Positions 28,552-37,686 of a stretch of 64,000 bases of DNA are shown piece after piece (position 1 is the first letter of the stretch; each line of letters starts with the position of its first letter). The stretch is from an uncultured Bacteroidales bacterium (GTDB taxonomy: Bacteria > Bacteroidota > Bacteroidia > Bacteroidales > F082), in the NCBI GenBank assembly GCA_946185535.1, contig CAMHJX010000010.1, forward strand, positions 18,492-82,491, given 5' to 3'. Both the position numbers and the translations under genes were made by a program. Below the pieces are notes generated by a model. It searched no databases. It saw nothing but the letters and a program-made list of their open reading frames with translations, and was not told the DNA's origin.

Positions 28552-29259
28552 ATGCGGCAAAAACTTGTAGTCTTCACCGGTGCAGGCATCAGCGCCGAGA
28601 GCGGAATCCCCACCTTTCGTGATGCCAACGGCATGTGGGGGAAATATGATGCCATGAAGTTGGCCAGCGTTGAGGGCTTCGAGGAAGACCCGCAGGCCGT
28701 GCTCGATTTCTACAATGCTCGTCGCAAAAACCTGTTGGAGGTGGAGCCGAACCATGCCCATCATGTTTTGGCTGACATGGAAAAGCGATTTGATGTGACC
28801 ATCATTACCCAAAATGTGGACAATCTGCATGAACGGGCAGGTAGTAGCAAGGTGTTGCATCTTCATGGCGAGTTGAGCAAGGTGACTTCGTCACGCAATC
28901 GTCTCGACCCCAAATGCATCAAGGAATATCCGCTTGATGTCCCGATTCGGTTAGGTGACAAAGCCGCCGATGGCTCGCAACTGCGCCCTTATATCGTATG
29001 GTTTGGCGAGTATGTCGATGGTATGGATTTGGCAGAATATTGGGTGCAACAAGCCGACATCTTTGTGGTCGTTGGCACTTCGTTGGTGGTCTATCCAGCG
29101 GCTGGGTTGGTCGATTATGCTCCGAGTGAGATTCCCAAGTTCCTGATTGACCCGAAGGACTTGAAAGGCGGCCTGCCGACTGGGTTCCAGCATATCAAGG
29201 CTAAGGCGGTGGAAGGGGTGGATGAGTTGGTGGAGAGTTTGGATGAGTTGGAAAAATAG
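28552..29259 (+). CDS. cobB: NAD-dependent protein deacylase (canonical Sir2/CobB sirtuin)
   Basis: From the ATG at 28552: MRQKLVVFTGAGISAESGIPTFRD, QNVDNLHERAG, HLHG, RPYIVWFGE, VVGTSLVVYPAA. Confidence 0.85.
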   Translation: MRQKLVVFTGAGISAESGIPTFRDANGMWGKYDAMKLASVEGFEEDPQAVLDFYNARRKNLLEVEPNHAHHVLADMEKRFDVTIITQNVDNLHERAGSSKVLHLHGELSKVTSSRNRLDPKCIKEYPLDVPIRLGDKAADGSQLRPYIVWFGEYVDGMDLAEYWVQQADIFVVVGTSLVVYPAAGLVDYAPSEIPKFLIDPKDLKGGLPTGFQHIKAKAVEGVDELVESLDELEK

Positions 29260-29288
29260 TGTAGTTTTATCGCTAAAAAACTGATGAT

Positions 29289-30500
29289 ATGGAAACAATT
29301 ATAAAAATGCTAGAATCTATCTCAAAACTTTACGAACAAGAGAAGAAAGTGGAAGAAAAGAAACGAGAAGAAGGTGAATTCTTTAATGTGTTCAATACAA
29401 TTGGTTTGCGGACGGAAGAGGTGCGGCTGCACTCTGCTTTTATTGCTGAGTTGCTAAATCCTAAAGGTTCTCATGGATTGTCTCAACGTTTCCTTCAGGC
29501 TTTTTTGGAAGTGATAGAAACATCAGATGATTATTTGGACTATTGTCGATGCGGGCACAATGATATTGTTGAGCGTGTGATTGGCCCAGTAAACGATATG
29601 GGAACAGAAGGCGGTAGAATAGATATTATCATTGAAGATGGAAACCATGCCGTCATTATTGAAAATAAAATCTATGCGAGTGACCAAAAGAACCAAATGC
29701 TTAGGTATAACAATTATGCTAAAAAAGATTTCCCCAACGGATACAAACTAGTTTATCTTTCTCTTGATGGACATGAGCCTGATGATTGTTCATTGGGAAA
29801 AGATGAGTATAAAGTCATATCCTATGAAAAAGAGATTGTTGAATGGCTTGAAAAGTGTTATTCCATTTCCGATAGTAAGCCATTGGTTCAATCTGTTATA
29901 AAGCAATATTGTGAACTTGTGAAACAAATCACCAATACAGATATGGATACAACATACAAAAATAATTTGATGTCGATAATGCTTGATTCCAAGAACGTTA
30001 TTGCCGTAGGCGAGATGTTGCAACTTCAAGATGAATGGTTTGGGATGATTCTTGAAAAGTATATATGGAATCCATTGGAAAAACTAGCAAAACAAAAGCA
30101 AATGCTGTTTGGTAAAGAATTGGAAATTGCAGGGGATTGGAATGGAGCAGGGGCATGGATATATAGGGCAGAATGGAAATATTATGGGATTTTTATTTGG
30201 ACGAAAAACAGAAAGTATTGGGCTGATATGTTTGTAGGTGTAAGTTGGTTTGAAGTGCCAAATCGGAAGAATAAAATTTCCAAAAAAGATCGTAAAGATT
30301 GTAAATTGAATTGTTTAAACTCTTTTGACCCAAATGATGAAGAATGGCCTTATGGATGGGAATTCTTGCAAAATGATATTCGTAATTGGAATTATAAAAT
30401 TATTGATAACATTGTTCAAGGGAAAGTATTTGATTACATCAAGAAAAAGTTCGAGGATATTATTTCTGAGATTGACGAGTTGCAATTAAGGATGCCGTAG
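29289..30500 (+). CDS. PD-(D/E)xK nuclease-superfamily protein (PDDEXK_4-like), AT-rich orphan
   Basis: 403 aa. FNVFNTIGLRTEEVRLHSAFIAELLNPKGSHGLSQRFLQAFL opening, then a GRIDIIIEDGNHAVIIENKIYA (D..ExK) core. Markedly lower GC than the flanks, and it sits between REP clusters. Confidence 0.65.
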   Translation: METIIKMLESISKLYEQEKKVEEKKREEGEFFNVFNTIGLRTEEVRLHSAFIAELLNPKGSHGLSQRFLQAFLEVIETSDDYLDYCRCGHNDIVERVIGPVNDMGTEGGRIDIIIEDGNHAVIIENKIYASDQKNQMLRYNNYAKKDFPNGYKLVYLSLDGHEPDDCSLGKDEYKVISYEKEIVEWLEKCYSISDSKPLVQSVIKQYCELVKQITNTDMDTTYKNNLMSIMLDSKNVIAVGEMLQLQDEWFGMILEKYIWNPLEKLAKQKQMLFGKELEIAGDWNGAGAWIYRAEWKYYGIFIWTKNRKYWADMFVGVSWFEVPNRKNKISKKDRKDCKLNCLNSFDPNDEEWPYGWEFLQNDIRNWNYKIIDNIVQGKVFDYIKKKFEDIISEIDELQLRMP

Positions 30501-30507
30501 TTCAGAC

Positions 30508-31273
30508 GGTTTCAACCTCCGCTTCTCGTCCAAGTATGCCCACCTCAATCCGTTTCAAACGCCCAACGCTCATCATACTCAATGCCAGCCTCGTCCAGGA
30601 GGCGCTTGTATTCATCTCTCCAGTCGGTGCGGTGGTGGTGTGCCGCTTGGTTGCGGATGTATCGAACCACATTGTCAAGGGCGTTGTAGCTTACGGAGAA
30701 AGCACCATAGCCCGCCTGCCAGCAGAAGCCTTCGTAATATTGTTCGTCCAAGGTCTTGATCCACTTGCTGCTGTAAGCCTTGATGCGCTTCACGAAGTCG
30801 GACAAGGAGATGGTCTTGGGTAAGGAGGTGAGGATGTGAACATGATTGCCGATACCACCGATTTCTACGGGTATACCATCCATGTTGCGAATGACACCTC
30901 CGATGTAGGCGAACACTTGCCCGAGGTCTTTGTCGCGTATCTCCATGCTACAGTACTTGATATGGAAGACGAGATGGATGTCGTTTCTTGCGAGTGAGCT
31001 TCCCATGGTGGTTGAGTTTGTGTGGTCAAGGGGATTGAAATCCCCGTAGAAGTCGGGTCGTCCTTTCAGGACTCTGCACTGACTCCAGAGCACAAAAGTA
31101 GGAAAACTCTTTGAATGTGTGTTTTGCTTTGGAAAAAGTTTTTCTCATTTTCTAGCTTAAATCTGAGTCCTGAAAGGACGACCCTAACACATCGGAGGTT
31201 TCAACCTCCGCAACCCAAAAAAGGTCTCAGGTAAGCAGAAAAAAGGACGACCCATCGGACGGCTTCAACCTCC
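30508..31273. mobile_element. RAYT gene with flanking REP-like palindromes (no TnpB, no obvious IS ends)
   Basis: GGTTTCAACCTCC at 30508. GGGGATTGAAATCCCC + GGGTCGTCCTTTCAGGACT at 31030-31073. Inverted copies AGTCCTGAAAGGACGACCC + CATCGGAGGTTTCAACCTCC at 31166-31209, and a partial copy at 31244-31273. Confidence 0.7.
30545..31006 (-). CDS. IS200/IS605-type Y1 (HUH) transposase, REP-associated (RAYT-like)
   Basis: From the ATG at 31006: MGSSLARNDIHLVFHIKY..., HUH motif GNHVHILTSLP, SLSDFVKRIKAYSSKWI, QAGYGAFSVS and a catalytic Tyr region VVRYIRNQAAHH. The track start (31093) is a GTG inside a REP element. Confidence 0.8.
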   Translation of the reverse strand: MGSSLARNDIHLVFHIKYCSMEIRDKDLGQVFAYIGGVIRNMDGIPVEIGGIGNHVHILTSLPKTISLSDFVKRIKAYSSKWIKTLDEQYYEGFCWQAGYGAFSVSYNALDNVVRYIRNQAAHHHRTDWRDEYKRLLDEAGIEYDERWAFETD

Positions 31274-31286
31274 ACGAGATAACAAC

Positions 31287-32021
31287 TCACCGCAACCGCA
31301 CCCAAACCACCAAAGGCCGATGGTCGGAGGCCTCTGGCTCATCGATGACATGCGTTTCGAGGGCCTCGGCGCGGCCGTTGAATACGGCGACGTAGTCGAT
31401 GCATTCTGTCGGCTTGTCGGCAGGGTAGGTGGCCTCATCACTAGAGAGGACGGTGAAATACTGTGTCATCAACTCGAGCAATTCCGAGCCAGGCTCATCA
31501 TTCCAGTCGCCAGCAAGAAGGAAAGGCTTCTGCCACCGTTGGGCCTCTTCTACGATGAGCGGAACCGATGCCATGCGTTGCGCCTCTTCAAGGTCAAGGT
31601 GGGTGCAGGCAATCACATAATCTTCCAGCTCCACCACTAAAAGCACACGAGGTTCTTCACCTGGTAAAGGGATGCGTCTAATGCTCAGTGGGATCTCATG
31701 AGAAAGAATGCCCACGCCATATTGGCCTCCATCAAAATCTATGGCAGCCCCAAAGATCGGATGGTAACCTGTTCGGCTAGCCAACTCGTCCAGTTGGTCA
31801 CGATGCCCGCTTCGACCCGTCATGCTGTCCAACTCCTGAAGGGCCACCACATCGGGCTGTTGTTGGACAATCACGCTGGCCGTGCGGTCGTAGTCCACCA
31901 CTAGGTCCATGCCCGCACAATGGCGCACATTGTAACTCATTACTTGCAACTGCCGATTTTGCCCTAATGAGTCCAATGCGATGCCCAATAGCAATACGAT
32001 CAACACGATGAGCTTTTTCAT
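31287..32021 (-). CDS. Secreted endonuclease/exonuclease/phosphatase (EEP) family protein
   Basis: Signal peptide, then LQVMSYNVRH, PDVVALQELD and a C-terminal ASDHRPLVV motif. Confidence 0.85.
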   Translation of the reverse strand: MKKLIVLIVLLLGIALDSLGQNRQLQVMSYNVRHCAGMDLVVDYDRTASVIVQQQPDVVALQELDSMTGRSGHRDQLDELASRTGYHPIFGAAIDFDGGQYGVGILSHEIPLSIRRIPLPGEEPRVLLVVELEDYVIACTHLDLEEAQRMASVPLIVEEAQRWQKPFLLAGDWNDEPGSELLELMTQYFTVLSSDEATYPADKPTECIDYVAVFNGRAEALETHVIDEPEASDHRPLVVWVRLR

Positions 32022-32135
32022 TCTTTGATGATGTTTTTCTGCGTCAAAAATACTAAAAATTACAACATGGCGGTAAGTAACTACATTTTTGATATATTAT
32101 TGCTTATTTTCCTATTCATTGTAAACCAATAATAT

Positions 32136-32242
32136 ACCCGACAGCAAACGACAACAAACGACTACTTTCGACTACAAACGTTTAATCAACGGCTTTTTCT
32201 TGACAAACGCTGTTTCTTTGCAACATCAAAATCGAAAATGCT
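32136..32242 (+). promoter_or_regulatory. Conserved upstream module, copy A (ACCCGACAGCAAACGAC..CGACTACAAACGTTT..TCAACGG..TTGACAA..TTTCTTTG)
   Basis: Near-identical modules occur in the same orientation relative to the downstream ATG at 58065-58160 and 59167-59279. Confidence 0.6.
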
Positions 32243-32701
32243 ATGACGGACAAGAAACCATTCGACAAAGAACAATCGATCAAAATCCCGTTTTCGGAAT
32301 TAGTGGAACTGATTGATCAAAAATGTGACTACAAGTTTGCCATCATCGACAACGAGGTTGATGAAGAATTGATGCTTTTGGCCAAAAAGGAAGGATTAGA
32401 TTTGACAGGCTACAAGCATGTGATTGAAACAAGCGGGACTAGTCACTCGCAACACAGACACGGGGAGAATAGTAAAGATAGGGCGCCTTTGACTGTGGAG
32501 GATTATTTCCTTATTCCTTACATTATCAAAAACCGAGATGCAGTGATCATTTCTCCGTCTTTGACAAGAATTCATAAGAACAGAGTCTTCATTTACGAAA
32601 AGAAGATTGGTAATCAATACGTTTATGTGGAAGAGATAAGAAGAGGAAGGAACAAAAGCCTGGCTTTTCAATCCCTCAGAAAAAGAAAAGCCCCCGATTA
32701 G
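32243..32701 (+). CDS. Hypothetical 152-aa protein; possible barnase/EndoU/colicin-like (PBECR-type) nuclease fold
   Basis: The pattern H.IETSGTSHSQHRHG...PLTVEDYFLIPYIIKNRDAVI...VFIYEKKIGNQYVYVEEIRRGRNKSLAFQSL resembles polyvalent-protein PBECR modules from memory. Unverified. Confidence 0.4.
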   Translation: MTDKKPFDKEQSIKIPFSELVELIDQKCDYKFAIIDNEVDEELMLLAKKEGLDLTGYKHVIETSGTSHSQHRHGENSKDRAPLTVEDYFLIPYIIKNRDAVIISPSLTRIHKNRVFIYEKKIGNQYVYVEEIRRGRNKSLAFQSLRKRKAPD

Positions 32702-32797
32702 GAGGCTTTAAAGTGTTATCGCGGAGGGTGTCATGCCGAAGCCTGTCCCTTACGTCTTGATAGTCCGCTGTTTTTCTATCCGTTTCCGCGACTAACT
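32678..32797 (-). ncRNA. Candidate ~120-nt antisense sRNA convergent with, and overlapping the stop codon of, ORF 32243..32701
   Basis: The minus strand has GGAAAAAGTTGTATTTTTGCAG (-7 box at 32803-32810). It is followed by a stem TCGCGGA..TCCGCGA and an intrinsic terminator AGCCTCC-TAATC-GGGGGCT + TTTCTTTTT at 32678-32707. Confidence 0.3.
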
Positions 32798-32917
32798 GTC
32801 TGCAAAAATACAACTTTTTCCTAATACGCAAGTCTGGATGAGAAAAAACAACACAAATTATCTACATCATGTCAAAAATTACTATCTTTGTCCCTTATTA
32901 ATGAACGCGCAAAAGCG

Positions 32918-32960
32918 AATCTTGAATCTTTGAATCTTAAATCTTTAAATCATCTTAAAT
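32918..32960 (+). repeat. 7-8 nt periodic A/T-rich tandem repeat in the recA 5' leader
   Basis: aatcttgaatctttgaatcttaaatctttaaatcatcttaaat. A TATCTTTG box lies at 32883-32890 upstream. Confidence 0.6.
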
Positions 32961-32986
32961 ACTAACTAATTAAAAACCCCACAATC

Positions 32987-34015
32987 ATGACTACAGAAAA
33001 AACACAAGAAGAAGCTGCAAAACTGAGGCAGGAGAAACTGAAGGCTTTGGAAGCCACATTAGGTAACATCGAGAAGAGCTTTGGCAAGGGAAGCATCATG
33101 CGCCTGGGCGCCGAGGCCGAGAAGATGGAGAGCATCTCCACCGGCTCCATCGGCTTAGACTATGCCCTCGGCGTGGGCGGTCTGCCAAAAGGCCGTATCA
33201 TCGAGATTTACGGCCCCGAGAGCTCGGGTAAGACCACGCTGGCACTCCACGTGATTGCCGAGGCACAGAAGAAGGGTGGCATCGCCGCCTTCATCGATGC
33301 GGAGCATGCCTTCGACCGTTTCTATGCCGCCAAACTCGGCGTGGATGTGGAGAACCTCCTTATTTCACAGCCCGACTACGGCGAACAAGCCCTCGAAATC
33401 GCTGAGAACCTCATCCGTTCTGGTGCCATCGATGTCATTGTCGTCGACTCCGTTGCTGCTTTGACGCCCAAGAGCGAAATCGAAGGCGAGATGGGCGACA
33501 GCAAGATGGGCCTCCAAGCCCGCTTGATGAGCCAGGCCATGCGTAAGCTCACTGCCACCATCAACAAGACGGGCTGCGTCTGCATCTTCATCAACCAGCT
33601 GCGCGAGAAGATTGGTGTGATGTTCGGCAATCCCGAGACCACCACAGGTGGTAATGCCTTGAAGTTCTATAGCTCCGTGCGTATCGACATCCGCAAGATT
33701 AGCCAGATCAAGGACGGTGAGAATGTTTTGGGCAGCCGCGTGAAGGTAAAGGTCGTCAAGAACAAGGTGGCCCCGCCCTTCCGCAAGGCCGAATTCGACA
33801 TCCTTTATGGTGAAGGCATCTCTCGTTCGGGCGAAATCGTCGACCTCGGTGTGGAGATGGGCATCATCAAGAAGAGCGGCTCATGGTTCAGCTATGGTGA
33901 CTCCAAGCTCGCCCAAGGCCGCGACTCGGTCAAGAAACTCATCGAAGATAACCCCGAACTCGCCGACGAACTTGCTGCCAAGATCTTCGAGGCGTTGGAG
34001 AAGAGTGAAGAGTAA
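32987..34015 (+). CDS. recA: Recombinase RecA
   Basis: 342 aa. KAL...[13 protein letters not shown], Walker [21 protein letters not shown], and a [16 protein letters not shown] loop. Confidence 0.97.
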   Translation: MTTEKTQEEAAKLRQEKLKALEATLGNIEKSFGKGSIMRLGAEAEKMESISTGSIGLDYALGVGGLPKGRIIEIYGPESSGKTTLALHVIAEAQKKGGIAAFIDAEHAFDRFYAAKLGVDVENLLISQPDYGEQALEIAENLIRSGAIDVIVVDSVAALTPKSEIEGEMGDSKMGLQARLMSQAMRKLTATINKTGCVCIFINQLREKIGVMFGNPETTTGGNALKFYSSVRIDIRKISQIKDGENVLGSRVKVKVVKNKVAPPFRKAEFDILYGEGISRSGEIVDLGVEMGIIKKSGSWFSYGDSKLAQGRDSVKKLIEDNPELADELAAKIFEALEKSEE

Positions 34016-34035
34016 GGTAATGAGTGATGTTTAAT

Positions 34036-34105
34036 CCCCCTTGCCCCCTTTAAAGGGGGGACTGCTTTTACGGAGCCGTTCCCCCTCTGAGAGGGGGCAA
34101 GGGGG
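34036..34105 (+). terminator. G5/C5-run structured element downstream of recA (probable terminator or REP-like hairpin)
   Basis: CCCCCTTGCCCCC (34036-34048) is the exact complement of GGGGGCAAGGGGG (34093-34105). Two inner hairpins, CCCCCTTTAAAGGGGG and CCCCCTCTGAGAGGGGG, each reuse one arm of that helix. Confidence 0.5.
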
Positions 34106-34136
34106 AGTAAAACAAACCCTTGCAAAAACTGAAACA

Positions 34137-35171
34137 ATGAAAAAATCCATCCTATTCCTCGGCCTGCTGCTCGCCCTTTTTGCCTGCGACAACACGCCTA
34201 AACCAGAACCAAACAACACAACCAAGGAACCTACGGCTACCATCACGGTGAACGATGCTATCCAACTGATTTCTGACTCCATAGTCATGGACAGCACCAA
34301 TGCGAACCTCTATTTGCATCGCGCCAAGGCTTATTTTGCCAACGAGCAAGTTGGACAGGCCATGGTCGACATCAACAAGGCTTTGCAACTCAATCCGAAC
34401 AATTTGGAGACCTATCTTTTGCTGGCCGATGTGTATTATGCCTTAGGCGACCAGGACAATATTGCCTCAACATTGAACAAGGCTGTGGAAATCAATTCCT
34501 TGGATGCTCGTCCGCTGGTGAAATTGGCTGAACTCAACCTCTTGCAACAGAATTTCAACCTCGCTTTCGCATATGTTGACAAGGCTCTTGGGCTTTCGAC
34601 CTACAACCCCAAGGCCTATTTCGTGAAGGGCATGTGCTATATGGCTTCGAAGCAGGACACGGTCAATGCACTGAAGAACTTCCAATTGGCAGCCGAGCAG
34701 GACGATAGTTTCTATGACCCCGTCGAACAGATCAGTCGTATTTATGCCGTTCAGCAGCCGCCTTACGCGATGGACTACCTTCGCAAGGCACAGCAGCAGT
34801 TCCCCGACATTCCGACACCGCGCTATGAGTTGGCTATGTATCTCCAAAGCCATGGCGAGCCTGAGGAAGCTTTGGCACATTACGACACTATCCTAATGAA
34901 GTATCCCTATAACTATATCGTGCTGTTCAACAAGGGTTATGTCAATTATGTCTACCTCATGGACAACGAAGCTGCACTGGAATACTTCAATCGCGCTTTG
35001 ACCATCAATCCCGCATACATCGATGCCAAATACAACAAAGGTCGTGTGCTGGAGCAGATGGGCGACTATTCGCAAGCCACCGAGATTTACAAGGATGTGC
35101 TGAAGACCCAACCTGACTATAAGTTAGCTGTCGATGCACTTAACCGAGTGCAAAACCAAGAAAAAGAATAA
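34137..35171 (+). CDS. Tetratricopeptide-repeat lipoprotein
   Basis: The ATG at 34137 gives MKKSILFLGLLLALFAC (lipobox), followed by multiple TPR-like A..Y...G....A...Y..AL repeats. The track start at 34041 is a TTG inside the recA terminator. Confidence 0.8.
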   Translation: MKKSILFLGLLLALFACDNTPKPEPNNTTKEPTATITVNDAIQLISDSIVMDSTNANLYLHRAKAYFANEQVGQAMVDINKALQLNPNNLETYLLLADVYYALGDQDNIASTLNKAVEINSLDARPLVKLAELNLLQQNFNLAFAYVDKALGLSTYNPKAYFVKGMCYMASKQDTVNALKNFQLAAEQDDSFYDPVEQISRIYAVQQPPYAMDYLRKAQQQFPDIPTPRYELAMYLQSHGEPEEALAHYDTILMKYPYNYIVLFNKGYVNYVYLMDNEAALEYFNRALTINPAYIDAKYNKGRVLEQMGDYSQATEIYKDVLKTQPDYKLAVDALNRVQNQEKE

Positions 35172-35193
35172 GTTCTAAAACCAACATGTAACC

Positions 35194-36861
35194 ATGATCC
35201 AAGTTTATTGCATCAACAACAAGACGACCAAAGAATTCCCGGAAGGCATGACTTTGCTAGAGATGCTGCCGGAATTTGAGTTTGATAGACCCTATCCCAT
35301 TGTCTCTGCCAAGGTCAACAATGTTTCGCAAGGTCTGAAGTTCCGCGTCTACAACAGCCGTGATGTTGAGTTCCTCGACCTTACCCACCACACGGCGCGC
35401 CTTGTTTATTTTAGATCGTTAGGTTTCCTGCTTTTTAAGGCCGCACAGGACCTGTTTCCAGACAGCAAACTGAACATGGAGCATCCCATCTCCAAAGGCT
35501 TTTATTGCCGTATCAAGAAAAACGATGGCAAGATACTCGATGGCAATGACATCGCTGCACTCAGATTGAGAATGAGGAATATCGTAGCCGAGGACATTCA
35601 GTTCCATCGTCATGAGGCTCGCATCGAGGATGCCATCAAAATGTTTGGCAAACTAGGGCAGGAGGATAAGGTGAAATTGTTTGAAACCAGCGGAAAAGCC
35701 TATACCGATTACTATACCTTAGACGAAACTCCTGACTATTATTATGGTCGCTTGGTGCCTTCTACAGGTTACCTTGGCATTTGGGATATCGAAGCTTATC
35801 GTGATGGTATCTTGGTGCGCATTCCCGACCGCGACCATCCTGACCGCTTGGCCGAGATGCAAGACCAGCCCAAGACCTTCGAGGTGTTTTCGGAGAGCCT
35901 GAAGTGGAACGACATCATGGGTTTGAGTACGGTCGGCGATGTCAACCATGCCTGCCAAAATGGGATGGCAAGGGAGTTGGTGCAGGTGGCTGAGGCCTTG
36001 CAGGAGAAGAAGATTGTGCAGATAGCCGAGGAGATTAATCGACGCTATCATAGTGAGAACCCTGTTCGTTTGGTGCTGATTACAGGACCAAGCAGCAGCG
36101 GCAAGACCACCTTCTGCAGCCGTGTCAGCATCCAGCTGAAAGCCTGTGGGTTGAAGCCTATTTCGTTCTCGACGGATGACTATTTCGTCAACCGTGTGGA
36201 CACACCAAAACTGCCTGACGGCACATACGACTTCGACAATTTCGATACAGTTGACCATGCAGCCCTCGAACGCGACTTGATTGCCTTGTTGAAAGGTGAG
36301 GAGATAGAAGTGCCGGAGTACAATTTCGTCACGGGCATGCGCGAATACAATGGCAAGAAACTACAGCTGAAAGAAGGAACTGTTTTGCTGTTGGAAGGCA
36401 TACATGCCTTGAACCCCATGCTGACGGACCAGGTTCCCGAGTCGACCAAGTTCCGCATCTTTATCTCCACTTTGACCAGTACTGCGCTGGATGACCACAA
36501 CGCTATCCCGACAGATGACAACCGATTGTTGCGCCGCATCGTGCGTGACTACAACAAGGGTGCGTTTACGGCGCGTCAGACCATCAGCCAATGGGCAAGT
36601 GTGCGTGCAGCCGAGGAAAAGTGGATTAATCCTTATCAGGAGAATGCCGATGTGATGTTCAACTCTGCCTATCTTTTGGAGTTTGCCGTCATGCGCAACC
36701 ACGCCGAGAGCATCTTGGCCACCGTGCCGAACAATTGTCCCGAATACACCGAGGCGCATCGTCTCTTGCGTTTCCTGCATTATTTCACGCCCGTCTCCGA
36801 CAAGGAGATTCCGGCTACATCCATGCTGCGCCAGTTCATCGGCGGTAGCAGTTTCATGTAA
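35194..36861 (+). CDS. Nucleoside (uridine-kinase-like) kinase with N-terminal TGS-like domain
   Basis: 555 aa. P-loop LITGPSSSGKTTFCSRV, STDDYFVNR, and LLLEGIHALNP typical of the uridine kinase/PRK family. Confidence 0.7.
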   Translation: MIQVYCINNKTTKEFPEGMTLLEMLPEFEFDRPYPIVSAKVNNVSQGLKFRVYNSRDVEFLDLTHHTARLVYFRSLGFLLFKAAQDLFPDSKLNMEHPISKGFYCRIKKNDGKILDGNDIAALRLRMRNIVAEDIQFHRHEARIEDAIKMFGKLGQEDKVKLFETSGKAYTDYYTLDETPDYYYGRLVPSTGYLGIWDIEAYRDGILVRIPDRDHPDRLAEMQDQPKTFEVFSESLKWNDIMGLSTVGDVNHACQNGMARELVQVAEALQEKKIVQIAEEINRRYHSENPVRLVLITGPSSSGKTTFCSRVSIQLKACGLKPISFSTDDYFVNRVDTPKLPDGTYDFDNFDTVDHAALERDLIALLKGEEIEVPEYNFVTGMREYNGKKLQLKEGTVLLLEGIHALNPMLTDQVPESTKFRIFISTLTSTALDDHNAIPTDDNRLLRRIVRDYNKGAFTARQTISQWASVRAAEEKWINPYQENADVMFNSAYLLEFAVMRNHAESILATVPNNCPEYTEAHRLLRFLHYFTPVSDKEIPATSMLRQFIGGSSFM

Positions 36862-36890
36862 TCTTGAATTTTAAATTTTGAATCTTGAAT

Positions 36891-37637
36891 ATGGAATTTA
36901 GCGCAAAACAAGTAAAAGACCAAGTCGTCCAATGGATTCGCGACTGGTTTGAAGTGAACGGAAAAGGCTGCAACGCCGTCATCGGTATCTCGGGCGGCAA
37001 GGATAGCAGCGTCGTAGCAGGCCTTTGTGCCGAAGCCCTCGGCAAGGATCGCGTCATCGGCGTGACCATGCCTAATGGTGTGCAACCCGACATTGACGAC
37101 AGTATGAAGCTCATCAACCACCTGGGCATCCGCCATTGTTGCGTCAACATTGGTGACACTTATAACACTTTGATTGCTGCCATTAAGGAGCAACTCGGCA
37201 CTTTGGATGCCGAAGTCAGCCGTCAGACCACGATTAACCTGCCTCCACGCCTGCGTATGAGCACTTTGTATGCCGTTTCGCAGTCGATGAACGGTCGTGT
37301 GGCGAACACCTGCAACCTCTCTGAGGACTGGGTGGGCTATTCGACACGCTATGGTGATGCTGCCGGTGACTTCGCTCCTTTGGGAGGTCTCACCGTGCAG
37401 GAAGTCAAGGCGATAGGGAAGGAGTTGGGGTTGCCCATTGAGTTGGTGGAAAAGACCCCGTCAGATGGCCTCACCAACAAGAGCGACGAGGACAATTTGG
37501 GCTTTACCTACGCCGTGTTGGACAACTACATCCGCACAGGTGTTTGCAACGACCCCAAGACCAAGGCCCTCATCGATCACAAGCACATCACCAACCTCTT
37601 CAAACTGCAGCCGATACCGCATTTTGAGATGAAGTGA
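36891..37637 (+). CDS. nadE: Ammonia-dependent NAD+ synthetase
   Basis: From the ATG at 36891: MEFSAKQVKDQVVQWIRDWF, PP-loop GISGGKDSSVVAGLC, and TPSDGL near the C-terminus. The track start 36885 is a TTG. Confidence 0.9.
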   Translation: MEFSAKQVKDQVVQWIRDWFEVNGKGCNAVIGISGGKDSSVVAGLCAEALGKDRVIGVTMPNGVQPDIDDSMKLINHLGIRHCCVNIGDTYNTLIAAIKEQLGTLDAEVSRQTTINLPPRLRMSTLYAVSQSMNGRVANTCNLSEDWVGYSTRYGDAAGDFAPLGGLTVQEVKAIGKELGLPIELVEKTPSDGLTNKSDEDNLGFTYAVLDNYIRTGVCNDPKTKALIDHKHITNLFKLQPIPHFEMK

Positions 37638-37686
37638 ATACCACAATTATCAATTGTCAATTGTCAATTCTCAATTATCGATTCGA

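Noticed and set aside
28552-29259. Sir2 protein as a defence-type SIR2 NADase paired with the PD-(D/E)xK gene
   Set aside because: All canonical sirtuin deacylase motifs are present (GAGISAESGIPTFR, QNVDNLH, HLHG, VVGTS..VYPAA). It has host-like GC and its own promoter, so it is most likely housekeeping CobB.
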